64,000 nt of DNA from Cercozoa sp. M6MM. Lineage: Eukaryota > Protista > Endomyxa: Ascetosporea. The notes below the pieces were generated by a model. The model searched no databases. It was not told the DNA's origin and was given only the letters and a program-made list of their open reading frames with translations. Each line of letters begins with the position of its first letter. Position 1 is the stretch's first letter. A program made the translations under genes and the position numbers. Below are positions 33,925 to 47,304 of this stretch, piece after piece. Where the stretch lies: NCBI GenBank assembly GCA_040357565.1, contig JBDODJ010000036.1; one strand, 5' to 3'.

Positions 33925-33963
<39 letters not shown>

Positions 33964-35990
33964 TCAGGGTACTGTCGGTACTCGGAGAGTTCCTCCCAGC
34001 GGTCCTGCAGGTGCTCCTCGGAGTGCTCGCCCTGCAGTGCCGACACAAAGGCCGCCACCTGGCGTGGCGAGAAACTCTGCATCAGCTCGTCCACGTGGCC
34101 GTACCTGCCGGCACGGGGAGCAAAGGGGGTACAGGGGTACAGGGGTAAATGCAGTAGAGGGACAAAAGCACTGTACCGAGTCGTGATGGCACTTTGCACT
34201 TCCTCCGCCACTACAACACATACACGTATGTTTACCCTCCCCCTTTACCCCCTCGTTGCCATACCTTCTGTCAACTGACGCTGCAACTTCTTCTGCGTGT
34301 CCCAGCCTAGAGGAATCGGAGGTAAGCGAGGGTAAAAGGGGGGAAGAGGATATGAGGGATGGCTACAGTTGAGAGCATGTGGTCGCAGTCGCTGCACGCG
34401 ATCAATCTGCGCTTGCGAAAGACCGACTTGCTTCCCCTCCGGGGGGGGGGGGGGGGGGGTAAACGGAGTAGGGGTAGGGTAACATAGCGTAAAGCATGGC
34501 ACCAGCAGAATGCGAAACACTGACGTCGGCGACGTGAAGAACTCCGGCCTATCCACGGGGGGGGGGGGGGGCAAGAGGGGTAAGAGGGGGTCAGGGGGGA
34601 TAAATACACTACCGTCGCTGCGAGAGCGCCCAAAGCAGCCACTTGGAGTGGTGTAGCGGCTCCAACGCCACGGCCACGCGGTTCACGTAGTAGTGCACCT
34701 GTCCATTTGGACCATAGTCCCCAAGAGGTACGGTCCATTAGTACACTTGAACAGAAACGCAATATACCGCATCCTGACGCAGTCGAGAATTCTCAACAAA
34801 GTCGCGCAAATGCTCGGCCATCTCGCCCTGCATAATACCCTCTCATTTACCCCCTCTTCACCCAACCCCTCCCTTTCGCCCCCAAGACAGACACAGGCAG
34901 ACAGAGAGAACCTGATCCTGCGCGCTCTTCAAGGCTACGACACATATGCATCATTGATACAGAGGGGCAAAGGGGGCAAGGGTAAAGAGGCTATACCCTC
35001 CAGGGCCGACTGCTGCGCCTGCTTGTGTCGCTGCGCCATCTGCTCGCGCGACTGCGTCTGTTGCAGCTCGCCGCGTTTCAGTTCCCTATGGGAAGGGTAA
35101 AACGGTAATGGGTAAGAAAGAAGGAGGGGGGTAAGACTACCTCAACTGCTCAGTGAGCTTGCGTTTCTGTTCCTCGAGCGACGCGATGTAGGCCTTCTTT
35201 CTCGCACGTGCCTGCCGCGCTTGCTCAGCCTGAGGGGTAATGGGGTCAAGGGTAAACAGAGGGTAAAGGAGGTGTAAACGAGGGGGATGCCACCTTCTTC
35301 TTGAGACGCGAGCTGCGCCGTCCAGTACCCGATGATGCGACCGAGTTGTTGGAACCGTCGCTGTCAATCGGCACTGCCGTCAGTGCCGCCGACTGACGGT
35401 GTGCCACGTGGCCACCTCCCACGTGGTCGCCTGCCGTGCCGACCGAGTCGACTGTGCCGACAGCGACACTGCCTGTCACCGTGGGCACTGGCGTCACCTT
35501 GCGACGTTTCTGCGGGGTGGCAAGGGGGTAAGGGGAAGAGGGGATAGGTGGGGGATAAAGGGGCAAAACCATGTCAGGCTGCACAGCAGTGAAGTGGAGC
35601 GACGACAGCGCCGGAATCGTCGGCGGCACTGTTGGAGCGTGCAGCGACAATGCCTCATGTTGCTGTTGTTTTTCTTGTTGTTTTTGGTGTTGTCGTTGTT
35701 GTTGTTGCTGCTGCTGCTGCTGTTGTTGTGGTTGTTGTTGCTGTTGTTGTTGTTGCTGGGAGTACAGCGGCGCCAACTACATTGGACGGGGATGACGAAG
35801 TACAGAAGGTAAGGGGTACAGTGCTAGTACGAGTGCGCTAGGCGACAGTGCATCATCGAAGAGCGAGGAACCTTGCGCCAGTAACGCTGCCAAGTCGCCT
35901 GCCTCAAAGGGAATAATGGATAAGCACAGGTGGATTAAAGAGCTACCACTCAGTGCACTCTCGTGCATCTGTGCCTACAACAGAAGGCGG

Positions 35991-36052
<62 letters not shown>

Positions 36053-36508
36053 ACACGTGCAGGCATGTGTACAACATGCTGCGTGTGCGACGGCACTTGC
36101 GTCGAGTGCATCGACATGGCCGACGCAAAGTCCACCGCACTTGGCAGTGCTGCACTGCACACGCATACACCATGGGGAGATCAGTATACAAACATAAATG
36201 GTATGGGAAAGGAGGCTACGTGCTGTCAAGACGAAACGTGTTCCGCGCGGAAGGAGGCGTTCCTTGCGGCGGTGTCGGTATGTCTACACAGGCACAACCA
36301 TAAAGAGACGCAGGGAAACAAAGGACACAGGTACCGCTCAGCAGAGGATTGCCCTCCAATAGCGACACATCGTCACTTGTGCTGTCTGCGAACATTGACC
36401 TGCGAACGAACACGAAAGTGACTGAGTACATCCTTGAGGGTCAAAAAGAGAACAATACTCCATCGGAGTCGTGAGCGAAAGCCATTGGTCCGGGCCGATG
36501 TTATTCAT
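33737..36508 (-). CDS. bZIP transcription factor with polyQ tract and C-terminal helical (DOG1/TGA-like) region
   Basis: Basic region and zipper RLKKKAEQARQARARKKAYIASLEEQKRKLTEQLRELK; polyQ at ~35660-35757; C-terminal VGLSQAQIDRVQRLR and FSPRQVAAFV. Confidence 0.85.
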
Positions 36509-36511
36509 CCT

Positions 36512-36548
<37 letters not shown>

Positions 36549-36835
36549 TTTTTGGCCTGCGTCAGGAACAACACGCTCGCTACGGCCAGCTTTAAAACTC
36601 TACGGACACACACTTGCGCACACTAAGGCTGCTCACGATGCCCGGATTGTGAAAAATAGTTGACCGTCGTTGTTGTTGAGGTTGATCGATTGATCTGTCA
36701 GCTTTTTCCCCAAAAAGCATATCGATGGTTTCTAACTAATTCAGAGTAAAGTCAGCGCTTAGTTTACGCTACTTCGAAAGGGCACTTTGTTGTTGGCTTC
36801 GAAAGAAAGCCATCCCTCCGCGCGTCACTAAAAAA

Positions 36836-39299
36836 TTATATCCTCACTAACAAAAATGTTGTTGGAGTGTTCGGAAGCGTGTGGAACGCACCGTCACTGG
36901 TCGCCTTACGCAAATGTCCATCCTGCGTCAGGCGGCGGTATCTTGCAGCAAGGTTGTGTGCGTCGCCTGTCAAGTCCCACAGTACAATTTTAAATGGGGA
37001 CACAGCCAGAGACCGTGTTGCAATTGGGCGAAACAGATCGTACTGTCAATGTGTGCTCTCTTCCAAGCGCGTGTGTCACTTTGGCAGTCCTTTGAGGTGC
37101 CGAATGGAGCCGAGAGTGGACTTTCGTGTCGCCATTGCTTCGCTTTCTCATCGATACCGCTTGGTCGGGTCTCGTGCAATACTCGCAGCTGTTGTAGCGC
37201 TGCATCCACATCGAGGTGCGCGACAACACTCTTGCGTCCCGGAATCTCATGTGCGCTCAGCACTGTGGCACAGTATTTGCTCGCAGTCTCGTGTACCAAA
37301 TAAAAGCAGGCAGCGTACAGTAAGTTTAATTTAGAGTGAAGCTTACTGGGCGCGCCTTTGACGTTGGCCAAATCAACGTGAAGAGACGCCATGGTGTGGT
37401 TCTCAGGGTAGGTTTGTGTGTCGTGCGGATTGAAACTTTTTGACTACAGTTTTCAAACATACATGCACTGTACACCCAAAACCACGCAGTTGCAGAGCGA
37501 AACCTACAGCTGCTTCGCGTTCTTTCCACTCTGAAAGCACCTTGCGCGACTCGGCGTACTCTTTGGCGAGAGCGCGTTCGCCAACGTCGCTCCCTTGGTT
37601 CCACGGCTTGTTCAGCGGATTCCGTTCGGACGATGTGTACAGATATGCGAGCTTTTCAGGTGCAGGTCGTCGCACCGAGTGCGCAGTAAATTTATCGGCG
37701 TCGATTTGGTCGCGACTCGGCATGAGGTAGCCATCGATGGCTTCGATTTGCTGCTTTTGGAACGATTTCAGACAGGGTCTCCGTCTCACTCTCGGTTGCA
37801 TGAACTCTTCCTCGGGCTGAGTTCCAACTCAATTCAACAGCTAAACTGAAATTAAACGTAAAGAGTTCTTGCCAGATCAACGGCCTTGTTTAGCAGCAGT
37901 GACGTCACGCGATCTGAGTTTAGAAGTTTCGTAGCACGTTTACGAGAGCCTTCCTTGACGATGAGTTCGTCTTCAAACGATTCAGTCTGGCAGTGCATAC
38001 CACCGACTCGAGGAATGTGCTCCGGTAAAGGCCTATCCTGCCAAGAAATGATATCGCCATGTCCTGGTCGTCTGCGCACTCTACGAGGGGTTTCGCTCAA
38101 AGGTATTTGGTCAAACACGTCCAACGTGTCACCTCGACGCGAAACGGATTGTTTTTTGCCGGGTATCAACTTTGACGTCAGACCGTCGCCCTGCTGCCAG
38201 CTCACAACATCACCGTTACCAGTCGCGTGTTTCGGTCTTCGCAAAGATGGCTCAGGACGCAGGATGGCGTATTGGCGTGCCGTCATATCTATCTCCGAGT
38301 ACTCTGACTCTGGGGGCAGCTCTGTCTCAGCTGCGAATCCAAGAGCATGAATGATGAACCATCTCGCCAAGGATGAATGATGCGCACTTCAGATACCTTC
38401 TCCACGACGTCGGGGCTGATGCTCGACCGGGCGAAGAAAAGCGCGAGACAAGTCGCGCAGTGATATGCTATCCGGAGCAGTATCGACGCAGTACAGCAAG
38501 TGCTCCTGCTCGTCGGACAGCTTTGTGACTCCCAGAAGCGGGGGAATACGCTGGCGCAAGTAACTCGTCGACAACTCTTGTCGGAGGAAGCGGCGAAACA
38601 GTTTCAGGAGAGAAGAACGAGCCTCTTTGGACAGCATCGGCGGGAGCTCAGTAAACTCAGCTGTGTGCAGCGCCTTCAAGTGCGTACGCGGAGCAGCAGG
38701 TGCACGGTGCTCGCGAAAGATGTCGGCGCGGTTTTTGTCGGTTTGCTCCCACGACAACTGGTCGTGCACATACCTCGCACTTTCTCTGCGCGGACATACT
38801 GTCACGTGCGAAGAGCTCAACTCGTCGAGTGGAGCGGTTGCAGCTGTTGGGGATATAAGAGCGGCGCTCGAGAGCAAGTTGCTTTGGAGCGCTTTTTGAA
38901 TCTGCAACGGCTTTTCTTCGCAGGTCGGATCCGTCGTCATGAGAGCAGAAAGCAAACCTCGAAGATGTGGAGGCTCGCCCAAATCGATTTTGCGAAGGTA
39001 CTCTTGCAACGCACCCGTTCTCTCGACACCCATCGCGGTAACTGCGCAAACCAAGCAGGCAGGAAGTTTCGGGTTAATTCAGAGCAAAGAGGCAGGCGAT
39101 GCTCCTGATACAGTGCAAAAAACTCACGTGCATCGACCAATTTCATTCCGCCGATTCTTCCTGTGGCAAACTGCTGGAAAAGACTTAGTACTTCGTCCTT
39201 GTGCTTGGAAATCGCTGTTCTTTGGCGTTCTTGAAAATCCAACGAGATGCCAAGTGAAGTGCTGCCGGCGGTGTGACTACTTGAGCCACTTGCCGACAT
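36836..39299 (-). CDS. Multi-exon hypothetical protein (degenerate EF-hand-like segments)
   Basis: Successive long minus-strand ORFs 38937..39299, 38389..39054, 37852..38370, 37403..37801 and 36970..37392 linked by short introns. Motifs VLSLFQQFATG..MKLVD and DTAPDSISLRDL. Confidence 0.5.
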
Positions 39300-39356
39300 G
39301 ATATAGTTCTCTATGCACTAATCTCCCACGCTGCAAAAAGTTCCGATCGAGTTAAC

Positions 39357-39828
39357 ATGAGTCAAGTTTTCACGCGCAGCGTTTCGCAGCCCTCGGGCTT
39401 GCGTGACGAAAAACTGTCACAGCAGACAGGGTACCGGGACTGTAAATTGGCACTGGTATGCACTATACGTACCACAGGCTTTAGGTGCTTTAGTGCGGGA
39501 AACAGTATTGCCGGCCAGGCCCCGGAGGCAAAGAACGAGTGTCGTGTCAGACTGTGCACAGTCGAGTCCGTCGAGTAGCCGGGCAGAACTTCAGCCAGTT
39601 AGTTAGTTGAGTCTTCTAGGAAACCAACTATGTAGTTCCCCTGCACCAGTCTGGGGTGGGTCACAAGAGCATGGCCGTGTCTACCGCCCTCTTAGGGTAG
39701 GACCATACAACTCCCCTTTTGACGTTCCCCAGACACCGAAGTCGACTTCATGGTTGGTGCCAATTTACGCCGTGACACCAGGAGTACTTGAAGCCGAAAG
39801 TTGGAATCGAACCCAGGAAGTAGATTAA
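39357..39828 (+). CDS. Possible small hypothetical gene divergent from the 39299 gene
   Basis: ATG at 39357 and short ORFs with plausible splice sites; a full consistent model was not obtained. Confidence 0.2.
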
Positions 39829-39985
39829 ATAAAACGCAACGTCAGGTGCACTTCGTGCGGTCGCGATTGCGACCGAGTTAGTTCAAGGAAGAAGGAAGGG
39901 TTCGAACGAGAGCCCAGTCGGGCTACACAACGACAACGGGGAGGTGCAGAGTGCAAATACAGACCGTACTCTGCCTCCAGTCAGT

Positions 39986-41820
39986 TTAGAAGTGCTTGCG
40001 TTTTTCGACCACAAGCTCGACGTGAGCCTGTATGAGTTGATGCGCACTGGCGGCGGAGAGTTCGCCGTTCTCTTGCGCCTTGAGAATGACGGCGACCTGG
40101 CTGACCAGTGCGCCGTCCTGTTGCGACGGGAGTCGCGTGTACCTGCAGATGCCACACAGCACATACACACACACAGAGTCAAGTTGTGACACACACACAC
40201 GCGCGCGCGCGCAGTAAAGGCAGAGTGCGCGTGAAGTGAGATGGTTGGTTGTGTACCGCATGGGCGGCACAGAAGTCGTTGGCAGTGCCTCTGCCAAGAG
40301 GAGGTACTCTACAGACAGACACGGTCAATATAAAGGTATGACGGGAAGGAGAAGGAAGGAAGGAAAGACAAGAAGGGAAGGAAGGAAAGACAAGAAGGGA
40401 AGGAAGGAAGGAAAGACAAGAAGGGAAGAGACAAAGAGACAAAGAGACAAAGGAGAAAGAGAGAAAGACAGCTACCGCGCCACTGCGCGAGCACGGCTGC
40501 ATGCTCGGCAACGAGTGTGCCGATGCGACGGTAAGTCATCGCGAGCTGCTGGCGGTGCAGCACCAGACCAGCAGCGTGTTGGGCAGCGCGCTTGCCCAGC
40601 GCGCGCTGCACACCGCCCGACTGCTTGTCAGCAGCTGCGGTGATGGAGTGCAAGACGGCCAGTCTGGCGGCCTTGCGGCGGCGGCGGCGGAACACGCGGG
40701 CAGAAAGTCGCGCCACGCCGCGTTTCAGGATCTTCGGGATCGCTTTGGGATTCTGTCCCACCAAACGATTACAGGTAAAACTTAGATTGACACAAAAACA
40801 AAACAAAACAATTGTACACTCCTCTAAACAAGCAACAACACAGCACACGAGGTGTCACCAACCACGCGGGCACTAGTGTGTGTACCGTCGCTTTGTCGGT
40901 ACGGTAGGTAGAGGACAAAAAGTGTTTTCTCAGAATTGGTGATCGATCGGTGCTCAAACGATCCCGGTCCAGCACGAAACCGTGCAGCTCGACGAGTGTG
41001 CCACCATTTTGGCGTTTTACGTGTACACTGCTCTTAACGTAGTCTAGAGCAGTGCATTCGTACCGCACACACAAAATACAAAGTGCTGGCTGTCCAAGGC
41101 GAACTAAGACGCAGTGTGGCGTGAGAAAAGCCCGAAAACAACAACCATCGGTCCGGGCCCTGTGGCACACGTTTTGAGGAATTTCTCGCTGTGGAGTGCC
41201 CCAGGAGGCACGTGCTTTGGCAGATGGCACGTGGCACAGGTTCCACGCCCAGCGACGGACCCTCGGCCTCGTTCCTTAGGATCCTGCGATTGATCACAAT
41301 TTCTGATTTCTGGGTCACTCTGCAAAAACAGCGAGTCGACAAGGCAACCGATAGCAACTCGTACGTGCCTGATACGCTCCGGACTGCCACTGTGGCACAA
41401 ACACTCTAATCTGCCTCGGCAGACCGTGCGCCGAGGCTTGCTGTGTGTAGCCAACACAAGACGAAATCTCCTTGCTGGCATCACTTACAGTACTGTACGT
41501 TCGTGCTACTATTACTGCTTTGTGTCTATTACAGCAATCAGAGTTGCCAACCAAAAGAAATGGCATCGTTGCATCACGGTTTGATATGGTGGCAGTCGGA
41601 ACACTAGCTGGTTACAGTACTGTACAAGGGTATTAAAAAGGAGGTCATAAGGGCAGGGGTGCAGGGAGCAGAAGCTGGTACAGAATACATGACGTCTTTT
41701 GTTCATGAGACGAACACAGAGAGCGCCGCGAGCGGGGGGTTGCTTTCCGTCTTCTACGACAGGCAGAAACAAGAACACCGGACGATACATACGATAGCTG
41801 CAGAATCGAATGGTGCCTGT
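39986..41820 (-). CDS. Multi-exon hypothetical basic protein
   Basis: Exons PKAIPKILKRGVARLSARVFRRRRRK and QLIQAHVELVVEKRKHF*; stop at 39986; 5' end uncertain. Confidence 0.5.
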
Positions 41821-41980
41821 AACTGAATGGCATACACATCAGGCCAGTACGTGGCCGGGCAATCGTAGCTCACCAGTTTAGGTAAAATCAGCCCAGTAGG
41901 TAAAAGCGTTAACCGAAAAAGTAGGTAAAATTGCGCAGTTCGCATGAACATCAGACAGCGCATGCCGATCGCGGAGCCAC

Positions 41981-42418
41981 TTATCGCCGCGCCTGCATCG
42001 GCGCAGTGTGCGCAAATCGTCGTCGTCCGACGCGCGAGCGATCGGCATCGTCTAGCGGCGGCGTGCGGTGATGCTGCTGGCGCTGCAGACGCTGGTTGAC
42101 GCTGAGCAGTGCATGTACATGTCAGAGCCCTTGATGGAAGGGAGGAATCAAATCAAGGAACAGCAAAGCCAAGGTACTGCGCAGGATCGTGTGCGTGCGG
42201 ATTGTGCGCGTTTGTGTCGTCGAAAGGCGACGACTTTTTCGACGAAACAGGCTTCCTGCTGCTGCTGCTGCTGCCACGCTGTCGCGACGACGGCGGTCTC
42301 GCTCGCGGCATCTGCGATGAGTGCGGATGCCCGGCGGTGCCGTACGGCGTCTGATACGGATGCGTGAACCGTCTCTCGGGCACAAACTGTGTTTGGACAC
42401 AAGACAGTCAGATACAGA

Positions 42419-42463
<45 letters not shown>

Positions 42464-45400
42464 AAGAGACTACCTGTGCATCCGGCTGTAGCAGCACGTA
42501 GCCCACGACGAGGCACAGCATCAGAAAGAAGGCCAGCACGATCGTGTCGCTGTACTGTCGCAGCATCCGACGCACCGCGTTGCGCTGGCGTTTGCCGCGC
42601 TGTACAAACCACATGCGTACATCGCTACGTCCGGAGATACCACTTCATGCAGGACAAAACTGCGAAAACTACCTGTTCGCGCAGCTTGCGTGCTTCCAAA
42701 CATTGTGCGTGCTTCTCCGCCAGTGCTGCCGAATCGCTCGATGCACCTGCTGTATCACGAAACAGATATACACGTTAATTAATACAACAACAAGAAGAAA
42801 AGTACAACTGTTGCGAGAGCGTCGGCGTGTCCTGCGAGGTTTGCCGACCGGGACCGCAGTGCCACTGTCAGAACTGGTGCCAGCACCCGTGCCACCGTCG
42901 ACGGAATGAGCCGGCCGGTGCTGTGGCAGTCGCTGCAGCACCTTGCCCGCCGGCTGCAGTCGCCGTCGTCTCCGTCGCCTGCGCGAGGGCGACACATGCG
43001 ACACCACCTGCCGCGACTTTGGCGACTGCGACGGAGCTCGGTAGGAGTGAGCCGTATCGTCGGCAGTCGACGCAGAGTGCCGCGGTGTCTCAGCTCTCGG
43101 AAATGTGCGCGGTTTTGACTGCTCGGCTTGCGGCCGCTGCTCGCTCGGCACTGTCGTGTCGATGCTGCTGTCGGCGTTGGCCACCGTGTTTCGCCGTGTC
43201 CGCGCGGCGGGTACGGGAGAAACGGAAGCTTGCGACGGCAAGACAGACAGATGCGTCGCTTTCGCCGATGCCGACACGCGTTTCCGCACGGTAGTGATGG
43301 CACCTGCTGACACAGCACAGATGTGAAGGGACAACCATACGTAGACACAGGAAGCAAGGGGGCGGCAGTACATCGATGCAGCTGGAAGTCGCGACGCGGC
43401 GGCATTGAACGCGAGCGTTTCGTGCGTGTTCGCGGAGCAGCGTCGGTGGGTTGCCTCATCAGTTGAAGAGGAGACACTTCAGTCGCACTCTCTTCTTCCT
43501 TTACCCCATGCTCGTGCTCTGGCTTGTCAGCTTCCCGCACTGCTTGTGTCTGCGTCTGTGTCTGTATCTCTGCTTCTTCAGCCTGTGCCTCCTCCTCATC
43601 ATCGTCGGTGATGACCGAGGCCTGCAGGTTACGCATCGATGCACGCGACTGTCGCTTGCTGGGTGTTGTCTTGTCGGTGCACGAGTCAACCTGTGCGCGT
43701 GTGCATAAGTACCCTGAGGGTGGAGAGGGCAGAGGAAGGGTCGACGTCGAGGCGAATGTACCATGCGCGAGTCTTTGCCGACAGAGAGCGAAGGCGACGA
43801 GTGCGCCGACATTGACATCGGCGGCAGTGACGACAGCGTCGACGGCCCCGTGGTCGTGTCGGTGAGCTGCGTCGTGCCTGTCGTTGTCGTCGCACTGTCC
43901 ACGTCGTCTACGTCGCCGCCTACTCAAACACACACACACACAGGCATAGATAACACAGGGCATACACTCAGACAGCGGTGTCAACCAGCACTGGACGAGT
44001 CGGCGTCAATGTCGGTGTGCCTGGCCTCCTCGAGTTGCTGCACCAGCAACGTTAGGTACTGCACCTCCTCGTGCACGCGCAGCAGCGACTGCGCCGTCTG
44101 CTCGAACGAGCACGCCAGCGTGCGCCGCGTGTGCGACAGTGCACTCAGCTGCGGCGCCGACAGAAACGACGTCTCCGACAGTCGACGTCTGTGCACACAT
44201 TGTCCATACCTTAGACAGGCCACGTACACATACATCGGCACACTGAGGGTGCTACCGATCTCTCCTGCCACGACGACCGCGCGACACCTTCTTGGCACGC
44301 GAGTTGTCCTCGGAGCACGTGGTGCACGATGCCTCTGAGTTGGCCGACGCGGGTGACAGCGCACTGAGCGGTAGCAGTGCCTCGTCAAAGTGCAGCAGCT
44401 GCAGCACCAGCTCGACGAACTCGTCGAAGCGCTGGGGACGCAGCAAGATCAGCCGACGCAACGCGCCGTACTGGCAGGGACTACGTGGACAGGCCAGTCA
44501 ACTTGGACACAAACACAGGCACATATGAAACAAAGGCAGCGTACCTGTAGACACACGCCGAAGCAAAGGCGAGTTTGCGCAGTGCTTGTAGTGCATCTCC
44601 CTGCAGCTGCACCGACACGGTGTCGACAATGACCTGGAGGGCACGACGCGCCAGTGAGACGGCACTCACGGCGTCGGCGAACTGCACGTGCGGCAGTGAC
44701 CAGGAACGCGGCTGTTCGCTGCTGCCGTCGTCCTTGTCGCTGTTGTTGTCTCTGGTGCCGGTGGTGGTCGGACTTTTGGCCGCACTGCTCGGCTTGGGCA
44801 CCTCGTCGTCGCACACGACGCACACCGGGAAGAAATCGTTGCTTCGTCGCTCCAGGTACAACACGCGCGACTCGCCTGAAACCCAGCATCACCTCAATCA
44901 AAGACAGAGAGGGCAGAGACACAGGGCAGTACCGACATTGATGCGCGAGCACAGGAACTCGCGCACGAAATTGAAGGCGCGTCCAAAGTCGCCGCTGCGC
45001 ATCGGGTGGCACGCGTACGCCACCAGCAGCTTGTCGGTGAGGAAGGCGCGCAGTGCCGCCTGCATGTCGGTCGGCGCAGACCACGGCCACGGCAGCAACT
45101 ACACCATGCATTGCGACCAGTCAACTTTACGAGGAAGGGTGTGAGCACATGTGTACCTGCGAAGAGTCCTCCTTGCTGCTGTCACGCGATAGCACCGGCA
45201 CCGGCGCGGCGTAGGACGCGAGGTGTCGAATCACGCGCCACTCGAGGTTGCTGCCGGCGCCGAACCACTCGCGCGACGACATGCCGCTCACCGGCGGCAG
45301 CACTACGCGGCGCGCCAGCGAGTCCAGTGCCTGTCCAGTCGGGTCCACGAGCACAAAGTGACCGCCCAGCGGCACGACGCAGAGCGACTTATGCGCCGCG

Positions 45401-45528
45401 TCCCAGGCCGACAGCGAGAAGTCCCAGCGCGACACGTCCACCGACTCGGCCAGCGTGATCAGCGGCGCGATCGGACGCGCGTTGCTCGACACTCCACAGG
45501 CAGCTGCACACAGTCACACACACACACA

Positions 45529-45597
<69 letters not shown>

Positions 45598-46240
45598 TGT
45601 GCATGCAGATACACAGAAGGTCAGGAGGAAACAGGCTACCAGCACGAGCAGCGATGACAGCCTTGTTGAAGTGCCAGGCGTGCACGACAAAGTCGAGGTC
45701 GCGCGGCGAGCGGTCCTTCACCAGCACGTCGAGCACTGCGCCGCCGCGCAGCATGCAGTGACCGGTAGCGAACCATTCAAACGTGTGCGCACCCAACACG
45801 CACCGCATTAGGTCAGCTAGCGAGACCTAGGAGATACGGTATACCAGCAAGAAATACTGCAAAACGGAAAGGTGAGGGTACTCGGGCCGGAACACGTGGC
45901 AAGCACGGTTCTGAGGTGGCACTCGGCATCGTGATTGGTGCACGTGGCACAGCGAGCGGCACAGTGAACTGCATCGGCATCGGCCCGCCTGCGTTGGTCA
46001 CAGCAGGCATCACCGGCACCATCATTGGCATCAGCATCTGCGTCAGCGTGTTGGGCTGCACCGACATTGTGCGGATGTTCTGTACACACACGCACACAAA
46101 AACACTGTACGGGATAGAGATCGGTGCGCAAGGATACCCGCATGAAGGACTGCACAGGCAGTGGCTGCGCCTGCATCGACGAGTCAAGTTCGCGCAGTCG
46201 CTTGCCCACCAACATGGCGGCCTGGTGGTCCACAATCTCC

Positions 46241-46277
<37 letters not shown>

Positions 46278-47304
46278 GCTGCTGCTGCTGCGGCCGGTGT
46301 TGTTGTCGCTGCTGCTGTGGCGCACTCTGAGCCATGCGGTGGCTGCTGGCCTGGCTTGCGTCATTCTCGGTCCTGCTATTGTCATTGTTGTTGTTGTTGT
46401 TGTTGCTCTTGTCGACACAGCGCCGCTTGGGCGACACGCTGTCACCGGTCCCGCCAACGATCGGCGGCGGCGACTGCGAGAGCGACGACGCCGAAGCGTA
46501 GCGACCGAGCGACGGGTGCACTGCCACGGCGGCCGCGTCGTTGAGCTGACTGTTCGGCGACGGAATCGACGCGCGCAGAGCCGATGGCGATGTGTACACC
46601 AGTGGCGACTCTTGCGTCTGCAGGTTCGGCAAACGTGCCTGCAACTGCGACCGCGACTGCTGCGCGTGCTGTAGCTGAGAATGGTGTTGATGTGACAGTT
46701 TTTGGTGTGACTGTTGTTGTTGGTGCTGCTGTTGTTGCAGCGAACACTGTTGAGACATTGACGGGTGCGCAGCTGTCGCTGTCGGCACGAACGTGAACTG
46801 GTGGCACGGCGACCCGTTTTGCGGAATGAAAGGCGACGACGCCGACCAGGCCTGGCCCAGGCAGCTCACCACCGAGAGTTCGCAGTTAAACTGCGGCTTC
46901 TGGAACAAACGCTCGAGACGTGCCTGGATCGCCGGCGACCAGTAGACACGCGCGCGCGGCCAGTGCGGCGCCACGCACGCCAGGAACTGCGACAGCGACT
47001 CGTGCGCACCCGGATGCAGCGGCACGCTTCCTCCTGCCGCCGCGTTCAGAAAGTCCGCCACTGCCATGACGTCATGTGCCGAAGAAACACCAAGGAACGG
47101 CATCTCTGGCGACAGCACCGACGAAGGCGGCAACGCGTTGCTGCCATCGCGCACTGCTGACAACGAGCCGCCGCTCGCGCCGCGCAACTGCGACAACGAA
47201 CGCGACGATGACGCACGTACTTCCATGCGTATGCGTCGCCGCGAACGCTTCGGCGTGTTCGGCGTCGAAACTGACCGGTAAGTCTGCTGCGCCGAAGAAG
47301 ACAT
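41981..47304 (-). CDS. Large protein with divergent class II nucleotidyltransferase (CCA/poly(A) polymerase head-like) domain, Q-rich N-terminus and C-terminal transmembrane helix
   Basis: Hand-splicing gives a continuous frame. LRGGAVLDVLVKDRSPRDLDFVV (motif A), SRWDFSLSA (motif B-like), LVDPTGQALDSL, NLEWRVIRHL (motif D-like); TM TIVLAFFLMLCLVVGYVLL at ~42490-42550; stop TAA at 41981. Confidence 0.75.

Noticed and set aside
39795-39910. tRNA-like B-box matches (GGTTCGATTCC on minus, GGTTCGAA on plus)
   Set aside because: No T-stem pairing or cloverleaf can be built around them.
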